From positions 37,901 to 101,900 of the forward strand of contig JARGFZ010000005.1 in NCBI GenBank assembly GCA_029210965.1: a stretch of 64,000 nt of DNA. The letters are read 5' to 3'. Positions 58,027 to 64,000 of this stretch are shown piece after piece (the stretch's first letter is position 1; every line of letters starts with the position of its first letter). The translations under genes were made by a program, and so were the position numbers. The notes under the pieces are model-generated. The model worked only from the letters and a program-made list of their open reading frames with translations, had not been told where the DNA came from and did no database searches. Source of the stretch: a bacterium. Its GTDB lineage: Bacteria; BMS3Abin14.

Positions 58027-59238
58027 ATGAGAAGAAGTATTTTCAGGTCGAAATGGGTCGTTCTGGCCGCGGTGGCGATGCTGGTTGTCGCCCTGGGCGC
58101 GCTGGGATGTGCCAAGAAGGAAGAGGCTCCAGATGTCTCCAAAGAGCCCATCGTTATCGGCGGGATCTTCGACACCACCGGCCCCACATCCGACGTGGGT
58201 CAGGACTACGCTGTTGGTGTCGTGGACGCGGCGGACTACATCAACGCCAACGGCGGCATCAACGGCCGGCCTGTTGAGGTTATCGCCAACGACTACGCCT
58301 ACAAGCCTGACAAAGCGGTCGAGCTCTACAAGACCTACAAGGACAAGGGGATCTTCCTTATCATGGGCTGGGGCACCGGCGACACCAACGCGCTGAAGGC
58401 CCTCGTTTCCAAGGACGAGATCGTCTATATATCCGCATCCTACGACTCGCTGATCAACGATCCGGCCAAAACCCCTTACAACTTCTACGCCAGCGCCTCC
58501 TACGGGGAAGCCATCAGGGGCGCCATGCAGTTCGTCAAGGAGTCCGGAAAGACTAAAGTGGTCTTCATCTACCCCGACCACCCCTACGGAAAGAACCCCA
58601 TCCCGGCAGGAAAGGCCATGGCCGCCGAGCTGGGCCTTGATGTGGGCCCCGACCAGTTCGTAGCCCTCAACGCTACGGACGCCATAAGCCAGCTCACCAA
58701 CATGAAGAAGTTCAACCCGGACTGGGCCTGGATCGGCGGGACTGTTGCAAGCACAGCGGTCATCATCAAGGACGCCGCCAAGCTGGGTCTCGACACCAAG
58801 TTCCTCATCAACGTGTGGGGCTTTGACGAGAACCTGCAGAAACTGGCCGGCGACGCCGTCAAGGAAAGAGCCTACGGCATGGGTCCCTTTGCCATGTGGG
58901 GAGCCGATGTGCCCGGCATGAAGGCGCCCATGGAGATGCACAAATCCAAGCACCCGGATGACACCCACACCGTCCACTATATCCAGGGATGGAGCTCCAT
59001 GATGGTCATGTGGGAGGGCATGAAAAAGGCCAAATCTCTTGATGGCCCCAGCGTGAAGGCCGCTATTGAGACCATTAAGGATTTCGACACAGGCGGACTG
59101 ACGGCACCTGTCACCTACACACCGACAGACCACCGCCCCAACACGACACTCAACATCAACAAGATGGACGCCGAAGGCAAGATCGTTACGGTCAAGTCCG
59201 TGACGCTTGAGCGCCGGCCTGAGTGGCTCGGCCAGTAA
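58027..59238 (+). CDS. ABC transporter substrate-binding lipoprotein (type I PBP, LivK-like)
   Basis: 403 aa from MRRSIFRSKWVVLAAVAMLVVALGALGC (lipobox-like). AAGGAGG RBS before ATG 58027. PBP1 pattern IVIGGIFDTTGP. Confidence 0.85.
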   Translation: MRRSIFRSKWVVLAAVAMLVVALGALGCAKKEEAPDVSKEPIVIGGIFDTTGPTSDVGQDYAVGVVDAADYINANGGINGRPVEVIANDYAYKPDKAVELYKTYKDKGIFLIMGWGTGDTNALKALVSKDEIVYISASYDSLINDPAKTPYNFYASASYGEAIRGAMQFVKESGKTKVVFIYPDHPYGKNPIPAGKAMAAELGLDVGPDQFVALNATDAISQLTNMKKFNPDWAWIGGTVASTAVIIKDAAKLGLDTKFLINVWGFDENLQKLAGDAVKERAYGMGPFAMWGADVPGMKAPMEMHKSKHPDDTHTVHYIQGWSSMMVMWEGMKKAKSLDGPSVKAAIETIKDFDTGGLTAPVTYTPTDHRPNTTLNINKMDAEGKIVTVKSVTLERRPEWLGQ

Positions 59239-59391
59239 ACTCAACAAGTGCGGGAGAGGATCCGCTCTCCCGCGCTTTTCCTTGTATAGGCATATGGGGG
59301 TATCGGGGTAACGGTGGAAGGGCCCAAGCTGTGATCGATCTTTCCCGACACTCCGACACACCGATACATCATTGTAGAATAGAGCAAACCC

Positions 59392-60225
59392 ATGACCGAG
59401 CCCGCAGCTGAAAAAAACAAAGCCCAGCCCATCCTCGCCCTCAACAATGTCGAGGTCATCTACGATGACGTGATCCTCGTGCTCAAGGGCATGTCTATGG
59501 AGGTCCACGCAGGTCAGATCGTGGCTCTGCTGGGGGCCAACGGCGCCGGGAAATCCACCACATTAAAAGCCATCTCAGGACTGCTCAAGGGCGAAGAGGG
59601 AGAGGTTACCGACGGCTCCATCTCGTATATGGGCCAACCCATCGACGGCGTGGACCCGGAAAATCGTGTCAGCATGGGGATTTTTCAGGTGATGGAGGGC
59701 CGCAGGGTCTTCGACGACCTGAACGTGGACGAGAACCTCATTGCAGGCGCCCATACAAGAAAACACCGCGCCGATGTCAAAAAAGACATGCAGATGGTTT
59801 TCGATTATTTCCCTCGACTCATCGAACGGCGGCACTCCCTGGCCGGCTACCTGTCCGGCGGCGAGCAGCAGATGCTGGCTATCGGCCGCGCTCTCATGGC
59901 CCGTCCAAAGTTGATGCTTCTGGACGAGCCGTCCCTGGGGCTCGCTCCCCTGCTGGTCAAGGAGATCTTCGGGATCATCAACCGCATTAACAAGGAGGAA
60001 GGCACCACCATCCTACTGGTTGAGCAGAACGCGCGCATCGCCCTTTCCATTGCCGACTACGGCTACATCATGGAGAATGGCAAGATCGTCATGGACGATC
60101 CCGTGGACAAGCTCAAGGAGAACGAGGACGTGAAGGAGTTCTACCTGGGGCTGAGCAAGGTGGGCGGCCAAAAAAGCTACAGGGACGTGAAGCATTATCG
60201 CAGAAGGAAGAGATGGATAAGCTGA
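59392..60225 (+). CDS. livF: ABC transporter ATP-binding protein (LivF-like)
   Basis: 277 aa. Walker A GANGAGKST, signature LSGGEQQML, Walker B LMLLDEPS. Confidence 0.88.
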   Translation: MTEPAAEKNKAQPILALNNVEVIYDDVILVLKGMSMEVHAGQIVALLGANGAGKSTTLKAISGLLKGEEGEVTDGSISYMGQPIDGVDPENRVSMGIFQVMEGRRVFDDLNVDENLIAGAHTRKHRADVKKDMQMVFDYFPRLIERRHSLAGYLSGGEQQMLAIGRALMARPKLMLLDEPSLGLAPLLVKEIFGIINRINKEEGTTILLVEQNARIALSIADYGYIMENGKIVMDDPVDKLKENEDVKEFYLGLSKVGGQKSYRDVKHYRRRKRWIS

Positions 60226-60508
60226 ACCGGACACAGCAATAAGGGTCCGGTTCATGTGCATCAGTGCACTGGTGCAAGAGTGCATTTAATTCTTTCCCCG
60301 ACACTCCGATACCTTCGGAGTTCTTTTCCCCCCTCCTTGTGTCGGATGGTTGTCACAAGAGCACCCCGCGTCGCCGCGTTCCCCCTTCCCCGCGTCAATC
60401 GATTTTGCCTTCCCGGTCCATTCCATTCTTGACCAATATCAAGAAATTCCATTTTCCCGAAGCACTCTACTGTTATCGACCACCCAATTAGGGTAACCTT
60501 GTCACGTT

Positions 60509-61006
60509 ATGTTAATCAGGAAACTGAGAAAAACCCAAAGGAAGTTGCTGGCAGCCGCAGTGCTTATGGCGTGCCTGAACCCACTCTCGCCCATTACCGT
60601 CAGCGGTGCTGCCAGGGAAGCTCAACCGTGGCCGGAGGGCCTACGAGAATCTGTGAACTCCTATTTTCAGACTCTCCAGGTCACCGAATACCGCACCCGC
60701 GACTCAACCCTTGCCGAGCCTCCGGGAGTACAACCCATGACAGAGTTTGATAGAGCCGGGCACAAATGCCACGAAGTGCCGGGGCAGGTTTACCGAATTT
60801 ATAAGATACCCAACTATTTCACCGAAGACACGGATGGATCGTTCCTGGTCCGTTCAAGGTTCGATCTATTCTTCAGGCAGGCCGAGAGTATCACCCAGAT
60901 CTTTTCCGAACCTTGGGAACAGGGCAGCGGAGGAGCCTTCCAGGTTCGTTTCGAGAAGGTGGATGGGAAATGGGAGTCCGTGGAGAAAAGAGAACTGCTG
61001 GAGTAG
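60509..61006 (+). CDS. hypothetical exported protein (165 aa)
   Basis: Basic N-terminus plus hydrophobic core (KLLAAAVLMACLNPL). No recognised family. Confidence 0.5.
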   Translation: MLIRKLRKTQRKLLAAAVLMACLNPLSPITVSGAAREAQPWPEGLRESVNSYFQTLQVTEYRTRDSTLAEPPGVQPMTEFDRAGHKCHEVPGQVYRIYKIPNYFTEDTDGSFLVRSRFDLFFRQAESITQIFSEPWEQGSGGAFQVRFEKVDGKWESVEKRELLE

Positions 61007-61160
61007 GGATTATAGGGATGAAAGCCTTAACGCAGGGTTTCGCAGAGCAGCCATTTATAGGCTGCACCGCGGGGTTACGCAGTTGAACCTGAATCCGGGA
61101 TAAGGAGCAGTTATCATCGGAGCGATTTTTCAACATAATGTAAAAATGTATTTAGGGTTT

Positions 61161-61187
61161 AACTGCGGCCCTCTGCGTTAAAGCTTT
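61161..61187. repeat. copy of the CTGCGGCCCTCTGCGTTAAAGCTTT module
   Basis: AACTGCGGCCCTCTGCGTTAAAGCTTT is identical over 23 nt to 20599-20621. A reverse-complement relative lies at 61021-61045. Confidence 0.8.
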
Positions 61188-61217
61188 ATCAATCAAAAGC
61201 ATTCAGGGATATTCGTT

Positions 61218-61958
61218 ATGGGTTCAAAGGTGTGTCAATTCCTTACAAAGTATTCCAGACCTTCCATTCGATGGGTCCCGATCCTGTTGTTCCTGGTAAT
61301 GTTACCTATCCAGCCCCAGAAGGCACATGGGAACGTCTCCTGTCACTGTTTCAAGGAACGGAGCTTCAAACCTGCCCAGCCCGCGTCGGCTGACCCCTAT
61401 ATCCTTGCCACGACACGAAACAGCCTCCTGGCGGCAGCAGCGGGAATCGACAAGGGGACAGTTGTCAGACAGAGAATGACAGGAGCTACCGAAACGGACC
61501 TCTGGCTCTCAAATTATCTGTCCACCCGTGTGGACAATCGATCAGCCGATGAGCTTCTTGATGCGCGGGATAAAGGCTCTTCCTGGGCAGCTGCCTTTGA
61601 TGCTGTCGGTCTGGACTCCGGGAAACTGGGAACCGCTTTTCAGACAGCCAGGAAAACAGATGATGCCGACGGTATGGCCCGATCGTTGGCCGACCCTGTC
61701 CTTGGAGAGGCCTTTACTGTTCCGGAACCAACCCTCGCCCAAATGCGGGATGCCGGGGCAAATATCGCTGAAACAGCCCTGAGCCTCTATCTCGCTGGAC
61801 AGTTGAACCAGACCCCGGAAAGCATTTTTAGGAAGGTCAAGGAAGGGAAGAAAACGTGGGGTGTACTTCTTAACTCCCTGGGTATAAAGATCGATACGGT
61901 TGGCGATCTGATCGCCGAGGCGGTGAGAAAGGCCGTGAACGTGAACAGTGAAAGGTGA
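61218..61958 (+). CDS. hypothetical exported protein (246 aa)
   Basis: Signal-like N-terminus (WVPILLFLVMLPIQPQKAHG). Ala/Asp-rich helical body. The last 7 codons (VNVNSER*) are encoded by a GTGAAC heptamer array. Confidence 0.5.
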   Translation: MGSKVCQFLTKYSRPSIRWVPILLFLVMLPIQPQKAHGNVSCHCFKERSFKPAQPASADPYILATTRNSLLAAAAGIDKGTVVRQRMTGATETDLWLSNYLSTRVDNRSADELLDARDKGSSWAAAFDAVGLDSGKLGTAFQTARKTDDADGMARSLADPVLGEAFTVPEPTLAQMRDAGANIAETALSLYLAGQLNQTPESIFRKVKEGKKTWGVLLNSLGIKIDTVGDLIAEAVRKAVNVNSER

Positions 61959-62015
61959 AGGGCAAACGGTGAACTGCCTTGCTTAGCTGTTCACGTTTCA
62001 CGATTCACGGTTCAC
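61935..62015. repeat. inverted heptamer arrays GTGAACN / NGTTCAC
   Basis: GTGAACGTGAACAGTGAAAGGTGAAGGGCAAACGGTGAAC ... GTTCACGTTTCACGATTCACGGTTCAC. Spans the stop codon of the preceding gene. Confidence 0.88.
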
Positions 62016-62083
62016 TTACGGATTCATTTCTTTTCCAAACCTCAACTCGTAATCTTCAATTTATTCTGTGGTAACATTGACCG

Positions 62084-62575
62084 ATGATGCGCCCTTCACT
62101 ATTACTATTACTAATACTATTACTATTCCTCTCCCTGGGTTCCAGCAGTTCCACCTTCGTGGGTTGCGGTTCAGGGGATGTCAACGGTTTTGCGGCCTTC
62201 GGATGTTCTGGCGGAAATAAGGATGATCCCTGCGACTACATCGTCACAGTCCAGGTGACAGTCCTTCTGGACGCCGACAGCAGCCCGGTACCCGGTGCCA
62301 CGGTATATATCGACACCGGTGCCTCTAACTCCATCAACACCCGTGTAACAAACTCTGCAGGTCAGGCTTTCTGGAACGACACCTCCTTTCTCACCGGCTT
62401 TTCTGCCGACTGTGGAGGGCAGGACGTGGGCACCGTGGAGCCCTACGACCAGAACACCTCCTTTTCCTCAGACCTCCTCGTTTCCGCCCCCGGGCTGGCC
62501 CCGTTTAATACGGTGCTCACCATCAACCGGGAATCACGAAATATCGCTCTAGTGGTGGAGCTTTTGCCCCTTTAA
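62084..62575 (+). CDS. hypothetical lipoprotein / exported protein (163 aa)
   Basis: MMRPSLLLLLILLLFLSLGSSSSTFVGC (lipobox-like). The segment PVPGATVYIDTG..NTRVTNSAGQAFW resembles carboxypeptidase-regulatory-like beta-sandwich domains. Confidence 0.5.
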   Translation: MMRPSLLLLLILLLFLSLGSSSSTFVGCGSGDVNGFAAFGCSGGNKDDPCDYIVTVQVTVLLDADSSPVPGATVYIDTGASNSINTRVTNSAGQAFWNDTSFLTGFSADCGGQDVGTVEPYDQNTSFSSDLLVSAPGLAPFNTVLTINRESRNIALVVELLPL

Positions 62576-62690
62576 AAACCCGCCCCTTGATAGTTTCCTT
62601 TTTATCCACTTGGTGTATCCTTTTGTGTGCAGTTCATGAATAACTGAACAACCCTGCATTGGCCGGAGCTGAAAGAGAGATAACTGCCCT

Positions 62691-63059
62691 ATGAAAAAAA
62701 TCCTGGTCGTTGAGGATTCGGTCCTCGTTCAAAGAATCATCCAGGACGCTTTGGAAATCAATTTTCCCTGTATCATCATGGGAGTGGAGAATGGCGCCAG
62801 GGCCTATGAAGAGTTGAAGGTCAACACTTATGATCTGGTGGTCACAGACATCGTGATGCCGATCATGGGCGGCCTGATCCTGGCGGAGAAGATCCGGGTT
62901 GATTTGGCATCCGACGTTCCCATCATCATGCTCACTTCACTGGGTGTTAAAAATGTCCGGGACTTTTCGCTCCACGGAAAGGGAAAAGCATCGTTTTCCC
63001 TTTCCTTACAAATTGATGATTTTTTGCAAAGTCATCAACAGTTAACGGTTAACTTATAG
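62691..63059 (+). CDS. CheY-like receiver domain protein, 3' end replaced by a repeat element (probably truncated)
   Basis: MKKILVVEDS.., phospho-acceptor context LVVTDIVMP, ..IIMLTS. From about codon 89 the ORF is encoded by element copy D. The conserved Lys (KP) region and helix 5 are missing. Confidence 0.65.
   Translation: MKKILVVEDSVLVQRIIQDALEINFPCIIMGVENGARAYEELKVNTYDLVVTDIVMPIMGGLILAEKIRVDLASDVPIIMLTSLGVKNVRDFSLHGKGKASFSLSLQIDDFLQSHQQLTVNL
62957..63040 (+). repeat. multi-hairpin dispersed element, copy D (lacks the two central hairpins)
   Basis: TCCGGGACTTTTCGCTCCACGGAAAGGGAAAAGCATCGTTTTCCCTTTCCTTACAAATTGATGATTTTTTGCAAAGTCATCAAC. Confidence 0.8.
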
Positions 63060-63129
63060 GCATGACGATAATAAGGACATAGGGGCCATATAGGAACAAA
63101 ATCTATTAACCGATAATAGGGAGATCAAC

Positions 63130-63333
63130 ATGGCACGTAAATCCATTGCCATAGGGTGTGTTTTCTTCGGAGCTATTCTGCTCTACCTCGGATACGGGAA
63201 AACACAGTCCGTCATGGGAGGGCTGTCCAAGGTGTTCTCGGGCGGATATTCCACCGAGACCATGACTTACCTCATCGGTGGGGCAGTTCTGCTAATGACG
63301 GGGCTGGTGATACTGTTTGGGAAGAAAGGGTGA
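63130..63333 (+). CDS. DUF3185-like small membrane protein
   Basis: 67 aa, two TM helices flanking GG.SKVFSGGYS. GGGAG RBS. Confidence 0.6.
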   Translation: MARKSIAIGCVFFGAILLYLGYGKTQSVMGGLSKVFSGGYSTETMTYLIGGAVLLMTGLVILFGKKG

Positions 63334-63462
63334 TGAAGCGTGAACAGGAAACCTTGATCGCTACTCCATGTCAAATCAAAACAGAGCTACCTCGTAAAAA
63401 GTTGTCAAAAAAGAATCTGGAGCATCCAAGTTAATGTTGGAGTTTTGGTTGGGGAGTTCAAA

Positions 63463-63487
63463 TTCTGTGTTCTGTGTTCTGCGTTCC
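63463..63487. repeat. heptamer array CTGTGTT x3
   Basis: TTCTGTGTTCTGTGTTCTGCGTTCC, followed by TACTGGC-type 7-mers to about 63530. Confidence 0.85.
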
Positions 63488-63534
63488 ATCCAAGGCTCTA
63501 CTGGCTACTGACTCCCGGGTACTGGCTCCTGCCT

Positions 63535-63876
63535 TTAATACGCCGACCTTATCCTGCAGGTTCGCTTATCCACTATGAGAAGATCGATCACTTTTTCTTC
63601 CTCGTCCTTGATCTCAATTTCGAAGTAGGTCTCCTGATCCCGGATCTCGCCTGTGGTCAGAGCCGTATCACCTAAAAATTCTGCCACAAGCTCCTTTACC
63701 TCCTCCACCGTCTTCACCTGGCGGCCCGCACCGTACCAGCCCCACCTTGGTCCCTTGCAGTACCCGCCGTAGGGACCCATGTGGCGGCCCTGGCCATGCA
63801 TCATGGCAAGAACGTCATCCGGTACAGCAAATGACGCCAAAGCAAGAAACGCTGTGATCAATAAAATTTTCTTCAT
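63535..63876 (-). CDS. small exported protein, PepSY-like C-terminus (tentative)
   Basis: 113 aa from MKKILLITAFLALASFAVP (alternative ATG 63882). Gly/Trp-rich linker, then TVEEVKELVAEFLG..YFEIEIKDEEEKVIDLLIVDKRT.RIRSAY. Confidence 0.55.
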   Translation of the reverse strand: MKKILLITAFLALASFAVPDDVLAMMHGQGRHMGPYGGYCKGPRWGWYGAGRQVKTVEEVKELVAEFLGDTALTTGEIRDQETYFEIEIKDEEEKVIDLLIVDKRTCRIRSAY

Positions 63877-63889
63877 GATCATCTCCTGA

Positions 63890-63915
63890 GGCCCGCGGGA
63901 CGGATCCCGCGGGCC
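63890..63915 (-). terminator. GC-rich hairpin after a partial upstream ORF
   Basis: GGCCCGCGGGA-CGGA-TCCCGCGGGCC, 11-bp stem. It lies 14 nt after the TGA (63929-63931) of a minus-strand ORF entering from beyond the window end (..RGRGNADCSGGCN*). No U-tract. Confidence 0.4.
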
Positions 63916-64000
63916 CCGGAAGTGTGGATCAGTTACAGCCTCCGCTGCAATCGGCATTACCTCTTCCTCTATCGCATCTTGAGCCACGGCGACCCTGGCC

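Noticed and set aside
57922-59508. 528-aa ORF on the minus strand
   Set aside because: It lies entirely antisense to the binding-protein and LivF genes. Its composition is His/Asp/Gly/Val-rich nonsense typical of the reverse frame of a GC-rich gene. It has no RBS and no recognisable domain.

Overview
Chromosomal, mostly core-metabolic window from a moderately GC-rich anaerobe. The gene content suggests a Desulfobacterota / syntrophic deltaproteobacterium-like organism, but that is inference only. The relevant genes are a split B12-dependent methylmalonyl-CoA mutase with MeaB, epimerase and adenosyltransferase, a three-subunit biotin-dependent acyl-CoA carboxylase, indolepyruvate:ferredoxin oxidoreductase, two PaaK-type ligases, a glutaconate-type CoA-transferase, and a Liv-type ABC transporter with an embedded acyl-CoA ligase. 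I call 57 protein-coding loci, 4 of them apparently disrupted, plus tRNA-Glu(UUC) and tRNA-Lys(UUU). There is no rRNA, CRISPR, transposase, integrase or phage gene. Housekeeping genes include ileS-lspA-lgt, glnA-glnB, greA, hsp20, purA-hisZ and serA with a class-V aminotransferase. Nearly all genes between 2.8 and 52.8 kb are on the minus strand. I found no classical defence, toxin or secretion system. The unusual part is the non-coding DNA, about 12 kb or roughly 19 percent by my own gene calls. (1) It holds a family of ~150-bp elements built from five consecutive hairpins whose stems co-vary between copies; one copy replaces the 3' end of a response-regulator gene. (2) It holds many locus-specific 7-nt tandem arrays, often as inverted pairs at gene ends; one array sits in frame inside a helicase gene and others form the ends of ORFs. 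(3) It holds several other dispersed REP-like modules, including a short ATCACGCC-N3-GGCGTGA palindrome in the leaders of unrelated genes. Other points worth a second look are listed here. A JAB/JAMM domain is fused to an Fe-S DinG/XPD helicase. A GT39 glycosyltransferase gene is interrupted only by two in-frame TAG codons. An outer-membrane beta-barrel gene is frameshifted in a homopolymer. A DUF559 remnant is bracketed by G/C palindromes inside the propionate gene cluster. A beta-helix protein lacks any export signal. All calls rest on reading the sequence and the supplied ORF translations; no database search was run.
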